DNA of 64,000 nucleotides. It comes from Trichinella spiralis. Its lineage: Eukaryota. Position numbers and translations under genes: made by a program. Location: assembly GCF_000181795.1 (NCBI RefSeq), contig NW_003526941.1, positions 8,844,858 through 8,908,857 on the forward strand, read 5' to 3'. Of this stretch, positions 14,005 through 28,711 are shown piece after piece. The notes under the pieces were generated by a model. That model was not told the DNA's origin. It saw only the letters and a program-made list of their open reading frames with translations, and did not search any database. The stretch's first letter is position 1. Every line of letters begins with the position of its first letter.

Positions 14005-15322
14005 AACGACTTTAGCGCATTCATCAAAAAATGGGCTTTTTTCTGCTTTCTTTTTTTTTCATCCTTCAAATTATCCACGATCTCAGTAAAAGCTAGCCAA
14101 ACTATCAAGTCATACGTTTTATTTTCTTCTCTCTATCTTTATTTATTTATTTATCGTTTTCTGTTTTTCAAATTGTTGTTGAAAGTGTTGTTTTTTTGAA
14201 TTTTCAATTTTGGTTGTTACTTTTTTTCTTTTATTATCAGTGTGTTTTACGTTGCCTTGATAGTTGCTTTTCATTGCAATACATGCATGCACATGGAAAC
14301 ACGCACACGCACACACATGCATACCTTTTCTACTGTTCAACATTGTATTGTTGTTGTTGTTGTTGTTGTTACTGTTGCTGCTGCTGTTGCTGCTTTTATT
14401 ATTCTGTTCTGCCGGAATATTTTTCATTTTTTATTCTACTCTTTGACGAGCTTCGAACAGTTGTAGCTTGATTTGTTCTATAACTGTTCATTTTATTCTT
14501 TTTGAGAGGTGTATATGCAATTTTACATAAGCGTTTTTCACACGTATATATGTATATATGTACATCGTATGTGTACACTGTGTGTGCGCGTGTGTATGCA
14601 TGCGAATGTGTGTCTCTTTTCTGAGAAGTTTTTTCATTTTGAAGTGCAAAATTGGATCAGATGACATTCGATCATGATCAGAAACATTTTATGATCTTTA
14701 TTGGAGTACCGTTTTCATTTTTTATTTTGAATGGACAACTTTTTTTCAATCGAAGTGAACCTGTGTCAGACTTTTATACTGAAACGAATAGCTTTTTCTA
14801 TATTATTGAATTTAGCTTTCTCTAAAATGTCAGGCAACATTTACTGAACTTTGTTTGTTTCATCACATTGTTTGAGAATGTTTTATTTATATCTCATAGT
14901 AAAACAAAATATATTCCATGAAAAATGATCGTGCATATATATATGCAGTATGATAAATTGGAAAAAAATTGGAAAGTTTTTTATCAGAATTTTGAAAAAA
15001 AGCCAATTAAATGAGTGAAAATTTACATAATTATGTAACGTAAAATTTACAAATTTATTAACTAACTTTGTAATGTTTGGGGCAATTATTTCACCACAAT
15101 CGACTGACTGACTGTTTTAATGTACTTAATTGAAATTTTAAATTCGACAATCGGCAATATTTGACCACTACAAACTTTTCTACAGTACCATGTTTTCGTT
15201 CTAAAATTGATCTTGAATATCATTACATACAGAAAGAAACTTAAAGTCTTAAAGACAGTCGTACTTTGGGAGTTTTTCCTTTTCAAAACTGCTTCAGTAA
15301 ACAAGTGACTTTAAATTTATCT

Positions 15323-18300
15323 ATGGTTTTAGCAAAGTCCAAAGACAGTGACACTGCGCCGAGCGTGTCATTAGCACGTGATGTATCGTCGGATGATTAC
15401 GATGTTTCAAGTATTTTTCCTTGCGTCTTATTTGTAACGCTCGCAAGCGGTTTTGATCACCTTTATCGTTTTATTAATTGTTATTATTTTTATTTTCAAA
15501 TATTTAAACTTGTGTAATTTTATTTTTCAGACGTGGCTGGTCAAGCTCAGCAAGCTGACAATGAAAAGGAAGTGCGCGTTGATGGGCTCATCTATCCTTG
15601 CGATATGCAGTTGCCTGTTTTATCGGAAGCGTTGTATGCTTGCGAACGATTTGCTTGTTGCTTCGAAAAGAATTCAAATGCTTTAGAACAAGAGAAAATT
15701 GGGTACGTTCTTTTGTTCTGATTTAATTTCCAGTCGAACTAAATTGTTTGAGTAAATTGCTTGGCAAATTAACGTTCACAACTTTCGAACATTGTTATTG
15801 TAGATTTATTTTTTTTTATTTAATTAATTTCTCACATTTATTTAATGATATTTATGAAGAAGTTTCTGAAAAAAAATCTCTTTTCTCTGATACTTTTTTT
15901 AAACAGATATGTGAGCTTGTATTTTGATTGTCTACTGAAAGCGGAAGCGTTTTGCTCTGCTATGAAGGAAAGTGTGCAGCGCAACGAAATCAAAGGCATT
16001 GTCACCGCGAAAGTTGTAAATTTATCGGCAGAAGAATTGCCTGTCAACGGTAGGCAAACATTGAGCCGACTGTATTGCAAAGCATTTAAAAAGGATTTAT
16101 AAAGTGCTGCTGTTGTTTTCTTTCTATTTAGATTCTGTTGTTTCAAAGTGTTATCTTAAAGTTGACGGACTGCTTGCTGCCGCAAATGAAAGTTTAATTC
16201 GTGATATTTTTGCAGAATACAACGTTCAGGAAATTGCCAATTTATCAGACGTTGATTCAACTACAGGGTGAGTGTTTTGATTAGCATTGTAATTTTGCAT
16301 ATCATTGCAAGCGCGTTGTGCACGTTGTTATTATTTGCAGCAGCTTGAAAATATTTACAGTATGCATAGGAAGGGAAAAAGAACAGAAAAAATTATTTGT
16401 TGGATTTGTGGTTAATTATTAATAAGATAAGAAGAAAAGTACTAAAATTTTTATGATTTTTATGGTATCTATCTTTTTCTTCATATTTTAATAAAAATAT
16501 TTATAGTTTTATTGTGATTTTCAAATGATATTTTTTAGTTGTTATTTTGAAACTGCACCAGTAAGTATACTGTATATATTTTGTTTTTGTATTGATTGTT
16601 TTTTTTGTTTTTTGTTTAGAACTAAAACGGCAACTTTGAAATTCAGCAGTGAACAAGATGCGGAAAATGCAATGCTCGAGCTCAACGATTTCGAACTGGA
16701 TGATGGTGTTTGTTCATCTTCATTGAAGATCTCATTTTTGACACCTGAAAACAGTATAAATTAGTTTTTTTACATTTATTTTTTCATCTTGAGCAGATCG
16801 ACAAGATGATGAAATTTTTTTACACGTAAAATGTCTAATAGTATGCATATGAATTTATAAATAGGTCGTGAAAATGGAAACTAAAATCCAATAGAATAGT
16901 TATAAAATGAATCTGTTACGTTGTGCAAGTGATAGGTGTTTTGTAAAATTATTATTATTATTAGTTGGTGATGATTTTATTTTTCTTTTTATTTTATACA
17001 TTTTAAATTATGCAATACTTAATGTTTTTGATTTTTCTCTCATTCGGCTATTGGTATAATTTATATGAAATATAAAATAATAGGCGTTTAATATAATTTA
17101 GATAATAACAATAATGTTCGGTTGTCTACTACTGAGTTTGTTGCTCAGAATGAAAAAGCAGTATGTGTTGATGATGAAACACGCCGTTTACAAATTGAAG
17201 CCGAAGCTCAAAGTAGTGACACCAGAGTTGATGCTTGTCAGTTGATGGAGACGAATTTAGCCGCCGATGTGCCAACTGCTGATACAGAAATTGATCGAAC
17301 AGTAAAATACTACTATTAATTTACATTTATCAGTGCCGATTTTTTTCAGTTTATAATGTGATGCATACATATTATATTATTTGTTGTTTTATTTTTTTAG
17401 GTCGATAAACAGCCACCGGTTGTTCATCCTCCAACAGTGGAAATAGATGTTGATCAAATTTCAGCTCATCTGAGAGAGTACATGAGGAACAAGAGAATTA
17501 ACTGGGCAGAAATGAATACGGTCAAAGAGTTGTGGGTAGTGTTGAATCAGTTGACTTCTGAAATTGGTTGGCAACCGGAAGAAATGTTGAAATTGGGCAT
17601 GAAAGCTGCCCTGGAATATGCTGTTCAAGAGTTCAGCACGGTGCAGTGGTTGGCCCAGCACTTGAAACATTTAATCCAGTAGTATTTTTGGTTATTATCC
17701 ATGTTGATAAATGTGAATTTTATTTAAAATGGGATTTTTTCCTTAAATTGCAGATTGTGGAATGACGAATTGATGTTAGAAAAGAGAAGCGAAACTAGAA
17801 AAGAGTTGCTCATGGCTGTGGAAGAGGATCTCTCATATTTGCCCAAAGCTTCACCGTACTGTGGGTTGAAGAAGAAGAAAAAGAAATATCCCGTAGTTAG
17901 AGGTGTAGGTGGAATATTGGAGAGGTTGAGAAAAGAAGCGAACGATGCGGCACAGTTGTCGACCAAAATGGAATTGAAACAAGAAAATGGAAGAAAAAAG
18001 CAGCAGCAGCAGCAACAACACTTGGTTTTTGCTGCAAGTGCAAAGTCTGCCGCCGTTAAAAATGGCGAGACTTCATCCACCACCACCACCACCACCACCA
18101 CCAAATCGGCACGTCATCGTCATGCATCACTTTCTTCAAAAGAATCTGGTGAAGCGTCGAGTTCGTCAGAAGATGAAGCACAAGAATGGAATACTGTGAA
18201 TGCGAAATTCCACAACAACAACAACAACAACAACAGTAGGCCAGTGCATAATGCAAAAAACGACATCCCGTCGTTCCACCAGTACTACAATCCAATGGTG

Positions 18301-18919
18301 CAGGCAGCGGACGCGCCGCCTGATTTGGCTTACAATCATTTCGTTGGTCACACATTTCCAGATACCTCAGCACATTTGATACCGATGATGACTCGCCTTA
18401 TGCCAATGTTTTTGCAATTTTTACAACAGCAGAACTTTCAAATGCCTCTCACCACCACCACCAACAACAACAGCAACATTGCACAACAGCAACAACTTTA
18501 TCAACAATTGCAAATGGTAAATTTGGCTTCATATAATTAATATGAACGATCTGTGTGTGATCGTATAATTAATTTGAAAAGAGAACATTAATTATTGATT
18601 GTAAATTTAGTTTTTTCAACAAGTTGGTTTTGGAAATGCACGTCCACCAGCTCCAGTTCGTCAGCCGTTGAATTTGGGTTTTCGATATCCAATACCGCAG
18701 CAGCAACAGCAGCAGCAGCAACCACAACAACAGCAGGCGAACATGTTCGATCGATCTGCTGCTGTTGCTGCTAATGCTCATATCAATGCTTACGGTTCAA
18801 ATCGATCTATCATACCGCCAAGACCATCACTGACCGGCATTCATTCACAGGCCGCATTTGTTCACAGGTACAGTTCAGCGTTTGCTCCAATGTCATCGTA
18901 CACTCATGGGCGTCATTGA
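15323..18919 (+). CDS. Uncharacterised protein with two RRM-like domains, a helical middle domain and a Q/N/T-rich C-terminus, multi-exon
   Basis: Exons read EVRVDGL...GYVSLYFD (RRM1-like) and YLKVDGL..ANESLIRDIF...TATLKFSSEQDAENAMLELNDFEL (RRM2-like). ORFs at 17437, 17755 and 18668 are bounded by GT/AG sites and contain polyQ/T/N runs. Confidence 0.7.
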
Positions 18920-19393
18920 TGTTGAACAGAAAAAAAAAGAATTATTTGGTTCGTATATCGTGACTTATATTATTTTCCTCTTTTTTATTCGTTTTATACT
19001 ACAGTGCGTTTATTTTTTCATATTTTTGTTTGTGTAAATGAAATTTCTCTTTTTATATATTGTAATAAATGAGTGGATTTTGTTTCAGTCGAATAATGTT
19101 TGAGTGACAAGCGACAATAAGCCACAGTTTGGAAATTTATTTTGAAAGCAACAAATGGGGTGTGGCGTGGGGTGGGGGTGATTCAGCAACTTATTTTAGG
19201 AAGTGTTCAATTTCTACTGCTGCTGCATGTGTTCCAAATGATGATTACACAAATATCTCTGCAGTATCGTTTCTGTATATAAGAATTTGTATTATATTTT
19301 TTTAAAAAAATCTTTAATTTTTCTTTAAATTGTTTATAACAATGATGATGATGATAATAATAATTATAATAAATGGATATTATTCCCGTTTTA

Positions 19394-21452
19394 TTATAAT
19401 GGTTTCAAGCCAGCCGACATTGCGTAGTCTAACAGTGGTTGATGTGGACATTCGGCTTGGCAGAATCGGTCGAAACGGTCGATGACCGTTTGGAAAAAGG
19501 ACATGGCAACGACGAAGCTACGCATTGAATCTCTGCGAATCATTTCCGGTGTGTTTTGCTTGCAAACGTTGAGCAAGTTTTCTCGAACCGGCAAACGAAC
19601 ACCGGCGCATTTATCGAACGCATCTTCCACAACTGGCAAATATTTTTTTAAGCTGAAAAGAATGCAAAGATATACATATATATATATATTAGGGTATTGT
19701 TTATTATTTATACATATTTATTTATTTATTTATTTATTTACATTTCGGTTGTTCTGCTTCGACAAGTGGTTGTTGGTAAATTGTCGTTCAACAAATTATT
19801 GGTGGCGACTAAATTTTCCACAATCAAACTTCGTTGTATTGCTGCGCACGGACACAGTGCATTCTTCGTCTTGTCGAACGTGTAAATGCACTGCAGATTG
19901 GTTTTGCTCATTCTGAAAAATTCATTTGGCATCATCAACAATAGTGTAATATTTAAGTTTATCCATAAATACACCGTGCAATTTATGCATGAATTTTATA
20001 TTGTTGTTGTTGACAAAAAAGAAAACAAAACTTATATTACGCATGTTGCAAACATCCGGCCAGAAGCTTGATGCAGTGCTTGTTGTACATACGAGGCAGT
20101 TGTTTGGCAAAGCATTCGGCGGTCGCTTGAGAATGTTGTAAGTTGTCGAAAGCGCATTCGGCAATATTAGCATAGATGAACATTCTTGTTCGATAGTTCG
20201 ATCTTCTGCCAATGCAACAACAACAACAGCATCAGATTATCAGTAATGCAACACAGTATTGAAAAAATCCACTTACATGGCTTGTGTGTTGTTGGAAGTG
20301 ATGAAGTCGATGTCAGGCAATTTTTCCGGCATGATCTGGTAATTTTGCAGTCTACTTTTGTAGCATTGGTTGATGAAATTTGGAAAAGAGTCGAACAGCT
20401 TTCGACGAATGCACTGCTGCGTCTTGGAATCCCGTTGGAAAAACGTATTCAGTATCATCTGTTCCGTTTGCAAAGATTTGCTAATTGTGCTGGACGATTT
20501 GGATGATCTGCGCATTGCAAACACATCCAGTGTGTTCTTGTTAAGCCGACACAAATTTCTATAGTTTATTTAAAAATTAATTGTCAAAAACAACATTATC
20601 CTGTTCACCTGTCGGATCACACTATTCAAAAACTGAGGTCAAATCAAGATTGGTCATCCAATTAAAAATTTACATACATACACACGTAGTATTTGTTTAC
20701 TTATTATTCAACCTTGAAAGTCAATTTTATCAGTGCATTCTGAGCCGAAAGATCAAGTTTCTTCAGGCGTGTGCTCTTCACTGCATTAGTATTGTAATAT
20801 GGGGAATTTTTGCTTAAATTCGCCTTTTATTTCAAATACTGACATTTGTTTGTTTGATTTGGAAGAAAACTCGACAGGAGAAGCACAATCCGGTAAGTTA
20901 TGTATGTACAAAGTAGTACTGGTTAATATTTGTCAGATGAAGATATGACTGTTATATTTTAATTTAAAAATTACTCTTTGAAAAGTTACCATTTCTATTC
21001 TTATGAATGCTATTAATGAGCTTTGTAAATGCTTTGTACATGCTATTAATGAGCTTTGTAAATGTCGTGTAATTCATTACAGTATTATAATTGATGAGCA
21101 AGGATAAATAATAGTAAAGTTCGATAGAGATGATGTTGATCGTGGAACTAGAGAAAACGTGTACGTACTTGTTTTTGAATTCTTCATTCCATGCAAAGCA
21201 CTGTTTGGACAGAGCTGCAAAGTCGGTTTTCAATTCCGCTTCCAATTCTTCGTGCAAATTGTTTTTCTGAATTTTGTCTTCTGTACAGTCGAGAAATATT
21301 TGAAAAGTGTTTTTGCATTTATTTTCGGCCGAAATCTGATCGAAATTGATCAAGTGAAAAATTGTCAATCCGAATATGAATTCAAATGAAAAATTTCTTA
21401 CCACCAACTGCGCAGTTGCTAACAGAATTTGTAGCAATACTTTCAACTGCAT
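19394..21452 (-). CDS. Uncharacterised, probably secreted, cysteine-rich protein, multi-exon
   Basis: Exon 21452-21402 (MQLKVLLQILLATAQLV) splices in phase 0 to ISAENKCKNTFQIFLDC..., forming a signal-peptide-like start. Further minus-strand exon ORFs lie at 20273-20554, 19922-20212, 19738-19974 and 19394-19639, ending ...SAGLKPL*. Confidence 0.65.
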
Positions 21453-22006
21453 TGCAGCTATTTTCTCGGAAACGGCTTTCATCAGTTGATTAAATTGAAA
21501 AATTCTGCTCTCTTCTTATGAAACTATCATTTAAACAGGTGAACAGAGCTATTTTATCAGGTCATTAAATTCAGGTTAATTATCGATATGAACGATAGAA
21601 TGGGAAAATGTTTATTTTTCTTTCGAGGCTGAACATTCATTCTTCTTCTACTGTTGCACAATTCAACATTTTATGCGAATTGTTCAGCAGTGTTGAAAAA
21701 GAAATTTTTATTTATTTTTTAAATTGGAAACAGAAATTTACATATAATTTGTTCTTATTTTTTCCCAGTCGGCCTAATGCAGGCATGTTGCAACAACGAC
21801 TGTTTTCTAGGCTAATAACGTTAACGACAGAGGCACGAACTTGTACAAGCAAGTGGCATGGCCGATATTACATCATTAACGACGTTCGACCGCTTTTAAA
21901 TATCGCGAACAAAAAGCAAATGCAATTTCAAATTGGCCATTTTATTAGAAAAAATTCACTTCTGCTTCTTATTCTAATAAAACAGATCATCCATAATTTA
22001 AAATTT

Positions 22007-23458
<1,452 letters not shown>

Positions 23459-23937
23459 TTATTGAACGAACCAAACTGATACTACCGATAGAATTTATTA
23501 ACTACGCGATTAAATTAATGTACATTTATATAGGTCATTGTGTATTTATTTACTGAAACCCTTGCTTAAAACAAATAAAGAATACCAATAATTTAATATA
23601 AAATGCAAATTTTCCACAGCAAAACATGATACAGTATAAGTTATAATGGAAATCATGTAATAATTCAAAATTTACTATTGATTATTGATATTATTCTGTT
23701 ATGTAGCTGTTATAATACACAAACGTGCGATGAATGTTTGAGATTGCATTTTATTTTAGTCCATATTGAAAAGAAGCGGAGTGACTTGTAACGTTACAGT
23801 ATGAAACATAAGTCAAGAAAAAATATTTTTATACTGTTGTTTATGTGATTTCCTTTACAATTTTTCGTATGTAACTTATTTTTTTGCCATTCTTCGATGC
23901 ATTTACAATGCTTAACAGTGGCATATTTGCTCCTGCG

Positions 23938-23950
23938 GTTGCTGAGCAAC
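23938..23950. promoter_or_regulatory. Candidate X-box (RFX/DAF-19 site) upstream of IFT46
   Basis: Palindrome GTTGCT-G-AGCAAC fits the RFX consensus and lies about 120 bp upstream of the predicted ATG of a ciliary gene. Confidence 0.6.
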
Positions 23951-24069
23951 GGATACAACGGTAATATTTCAGTCGTTGAAAAACTGATTTTCAACTTGTG
24001 TGTGGAGTTTGTTTTAATTCAGTAGTATTTATTGATAGTATAATTAGTGGAATTCAGTATTATTGTAGA

Positions 24070-24592
24070 ATGGTAAGCAAACTTTTCATTCTATTGTTTG
24101 CATGTAAATTCATTATTAAATGAAAACGAACGTTTGAAAATTCAGGAATCTGTAACAAAATTGGATGAGAATATAGAAAGTATAACCGATGCTGAAAATC
24201 ATCCCGAAGAAATTGATCGATGGATTCAGAATGTTACAAGTTTACGTCATTCGAAAGCGCAAGCTGCGAAGTTTCGATCTTTGGAACCGATGCCTGATAT
24301 TGAAGCATTAATGCAAGAATGGCCACCTGAATTTGAGCAGTTCTTGTCAAAAAAGAAATTGCACACTGTCGGCTTCTCCCTTAGCCTGGAAGAATATGCG
24401 GATTTTGTGTGCGCAGTGTTCGATATTCCAGTTTATGAAGGTTCAAGAATTCAGTCACTCTTGGTACTTTTTACATTGTTTTCGGAATTTAACAACAATC
24501 AACACTTCAAAGCGATGACAAATCGCGAAGGAACTGAAAATCATGATTTACACGCTGAATCTTCAGCTATACCAGATACACTTATATTATGA
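24070..24592 (+). CDS. IFT46: Intraflagellar transport protein 46 (dyf-6 orthologue), apparently C-terminal half only
   Basis: DAENHPEEIDRWI...PMPDIEALMQEWPPEFE...LEEYADFVCAVFDIPVYEGSRIQSLLVLFTLFSEFNNNQHF is the IFT46 C-terminal signature. ATG|gtaagc at 24070-72 splices in frame to ttcag|GAA at 24146. Confidence 0.88.
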
Positions 24593-25670
24593 GTTTACTT
24601 TTTCAGAGATTAGCATAATAATAAATTTAATTCAACGTTACGACGGATCCGATATACATGTTTACAGTATCATTACGAGTAATATGAACTGTTTCCAACG
24701 ATTGATAGAATTGATTAATTTTATAATTTCAACACTGTAAATGGTTTATAATTTGTTGATTTTAATGCAACGAAATTTTTACTTACAAAATGATTTTCTG
24801 ACGTTCAACAATTTATAACGCACTCATGACAATTATAAACAATAAGTGAAAAATTGTATTCTGAAATGATTTATAAATATAATGCACAATTTTTAAGTTC
24901 TATTAGAAATTTTTAATTGAAAATTTAAATATGACAAATAATTGATTACAAAAAAAATAAAGACCAGATGGGAATGGTGACGTCATGATAACATTAACTT
25001 GATTGTATTAATACTGTAAAGAATTACAATCTTTTGTATTAGGTATATCATGAAAACTGTAAATTTTAATCGTGTATTTTTTGTTTTTTATGTATTTTAC
25101 TTTGCAACACTGATTGGTAACTTGTTAGGAAATAATCGTCTTGAATCGGCCGTGCTTGATGACGGTATGTGCACCATTTAAATGTATTCAGTTAATTCGA
25201 AATAGATCTTATATTGAACTGCGTGCTTACTTTGTGTGTTTCATTTGATGTAACAGAATTTTATTGAAATAGTTTGTATTTTTTGAATTTATATGACTCT
25301 GAATTAATAGTTTCAATGTCAATTTACTATTATGCAGTGTGATTTTTAAGCGTCTTCTATTGTAACAGTTTCGATTGTTCAGAATTTCGTTTTCACAGAT
25401 ATTGTTCGATTATTTATCTTTTTTGAATTTATTTGAAAATTTTACATTCATTATTTATTGTTTGTTATTCGATTTTTATATAGATTTGTATAGATTAGAT
25501 TTCTTTTCTCAACAAGGAAGCAAATTGAAAAGCGACCTAGTTCACTCTATCTGGTTCATGCAGTAAATTTTTTGTGCACGATTTGCTTGCGTTAACTACT
25601 TTTACTGTTGTAAAATTGTTTAATTTATAATTTAATTTTATTTTTTTAATCCACTATATTTGTGCTTAGA

Positions 25671-28549
25671 ATGAAATGGTTATTTCAAAGTATTAAACAA
25701 GTCGTGATTTTTGGAATTCTATTTATTAATAATATTGAATTTTTAACATATTTTCATCTATTCCAAATGAACTGTTGCCCTTTTCACGTTATTGTGCTGT
25801 TTTTGAACAAGAAAATGATTGTTTAGTTGGTATTTTAATTTTTTTAGCCGAAATAGTTACTGAATCAGATGAAAGCAAAGATGTGCATTCAGTTCCATTG
25901 TACGAACAGAGTTCGGAAAAAGTGAAAAATGCTCAGGCTGAATCAACACCTGACTTTCAAACTGACCATGAAACAAGTGAAAGTCAGGTGGAATTTCCGA
26001 AAGGTTTCAGTTAAAATTTATATATATTTTTTTCTACTTTTGAAATTTAAATATTTATAATCAGAAATTGTTACGTTATTTTGAAAAGTTGTATGTAAAT
26101 TGCTTATTTAGGCAAAAAATATTACGAAGAAGCGTTAACGCATGTAACTGGTAATTTTTTTCGAAATAAAGCTGATATGAAGAGGTTCATCATTTTGATG
26201 CTTTTGATAAAAATTTATTTCACATTATCAAAATTTCAGGGGTTACGAGTTGTTGACCAAAGCTGCAGAATTTGATCACACGGGAGCTTTGGAATATTTA
26301 GCTTTCATGTATTTGTTTGGCGACAGCGCCCCGTGGAATGTGAATAAGTCCAAGGAAATCTTTCTGCACTTGGCCAAAAGAGGTTCACCGAAAGGTCAGA
26401 CTGGCTTGGGATTTCTCTACGCTGCGGGTCTACTGACTAATTCCAGCCAAGCAGATGTAAGAAAATTTTTTTATTGCATTTACTTGCCACCTTGATTTCA
26501 CTGTTGTATTATGAAGGCGGTTGTACTGTACAACTATGCAGCCATTGGTGGAGATCCGTGGGCGCAAATGATTATGGTTATAATCAAAAAAATATTTTTT
26601 TTCTTTGCAATGAAAAACAAACAAACTTCTTCTTTCAGGGTTATCGCTATTTTACTGGGACAAATGTTCCTCAGAACTGTGAATCAGCGTTGTCACATTA
26701 TCGAAAAGTTGCGAAGCAAGGTTTAGGTTTATTAATTTGATAACTAAATTTTGTTGTTCACAAAATATTTTTTTTCTAGTTATTGACAAAGTGACATTTT
26801 CTGGCTTTATTAGTTCACAAAGAATTTATTTATCGGATGAAATGGCAGATTTGAATGCCAACTCTCAAGCTATCATTGAAGAGAATATGCTGCAGTATTA
26901 TAAATTTTTGGCAGACAAAGGAGATCGCAATTCTCAGGTATTTGAAGAATAAATTTTAAAAAAGGGGAAAAAGTATATAATAATTGCCTAAATATGTTAT
27001 TGATTTATTTAAGATTGGACTTGCTAATCTTTATCTGTCTGGAGCCAGAGGCATTGAACAGAATGTTTATCTAGCTTATCATTATTATTTGACAGCTGCC
27101 ACTGCAGGTAGCGGTACTGCGTTGGCCTTTTTAGGCAAAATGTATTTGGATGGAACCCCTGCTACTCCGGCAGATCCTGCGACTGCTTTTCAATATTTTT
27201 CAAAAGCTGCGGATAAAGTAGTCTTGGTTTTTGCTTTTTCTTTTAATTGTTGGTTTTCTCTTTTTTTAAGGGAAACACTCTCGGTTATAGTGGACTTGGT
27301 CACATGTATTATACCGGAAGGGGAACGGAGCAAAATTTTTCCAAAGCATTTAAATATTTCAATCTTGCCGCGGAACAGGGAAGTCCAGAGGGTCAAGTCT
27401 ATCTCGGCACCATGTATTATCGTATGTATTTTTTAAATAGTTTTCTTTTTCATTGAATTTCAATTTATGGAATATTTATTTATGATTTATTAAGATGGTT
27501 GGGGTGTAACTCAAAATCTTCCTGCTGCTTTGAAATTATTCCATTTGGCAAGTCAGTCAGGCAACGTAGTTGCCTATTACAATCTTGGCCAAATGCATGC
27601 CATGGGTTTGGGCGTAGCTCGTAGTTGTTCAACTGCAGTTGAGGTTTGCAAAATTAGCATACTTATCGTTGAAGTTTAACGAAATTTGAAAAGCACAAAT
27701 CCTTATTCTGTACTTGAAATTGCAGTTTTATAAAAATGTTGCTGAACGTGGAGTGTGGTCGACGATGCTTATGGATGCATATTTGGCATATCAAAACGGG
27801 TTGTACGATCAGTCGGTGGTTCAGTATTTGTTCATGGCAGAGCTTGGTTATGAAACGGCTCAAACAAATGCAGCTTATATTCTCGATCGAGGTTATGTGA
27901 ATTTTGTTTCGCTCTTCAGACATGCTCTATAGATGATAGAAAATTGAATAAATGGGAAAAAATAATTTTTACTTATTAGTTTTTGTTTTATTTTTAGGCC
28001 AATTGATTTATTTGAGCAAAAATTCAATAAATCAACGAGCGTTTTTATTGTGGAAGCACAGTGCAGAGCAGGGGAATGGTTTTTCCCGAGTGCGAGTTGG
28101 TGATTATCATTATTACGGTATTGGAACACCAGTGAATTACGAAGAAGCTGCGGCGAATTACAAAACGGCAACAGAGTTGCAACGTAATCCGCAGGCGATG
28201 TTCAACTTGGGATACATGCATGAAAAAGGAATCGGCATCAAGCAAGATTTGCATTTAGCCAAGAGATTCTACGACATGGCGTTGGAAGTTAGTGCCGATG
28301 CTGCTTTACCGGTTACACTGGCGTTGGTCAAGTTGTCCATTCTTTTTACATTGGAAAAATTACAACACGTATGTTTCATTATTATTATTATCATTATTGT
28401 TTAAAAAAATGAATTCAATTTTCAAGGGTGAATGGTGGAGGTTGGAATTCATGGAATCGACATTTGGCAGTTTTTGGGATCTTTACATTATTACGGCCAT
28501 AGGCGCTTCGATATGTGCATTGCTTCACTTTCGACGGCAGCATCGCTGA
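25671..28549 (+). CDS. sel-1: SEL1L/Hrd3 ERAD adaptor (Sel1 repeats, C-terminal TM), multi-exon; start approximate
   Basis: Multiple Sel1 repeats (GQTGLGFLYAAG, GYRYFTGTNVPQNCESAL, QYYKFLADKGD, YLFMAELGYETAQTNAAYILD, RVGDYHYYGIGT, AMFNLGYMHEKGIG..DLHLAKRFYDMA) and TM WDLYIITAIGASICALL. Confidence 0.95.
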
Positions 28550-28711
28550 TTAATCATATTTGTTACTAAATTTCAAAAAAAATGAACAATGATCATGTTG
28601 CCTGATTTTTCTTTTCTGTTTTTTTTTCTTTGTTGTATTACAGTCTGTTTTTGCAAAAACAGCATTAAAAAATTTTTTCCTGTTCAATTTATGTTTTATT
28701 TCTTCAGCAGG

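Noticed and set aside
21007..21064. 33-bp tandem duplication
   Set aside because: Ordinary intronic slippage duplication.
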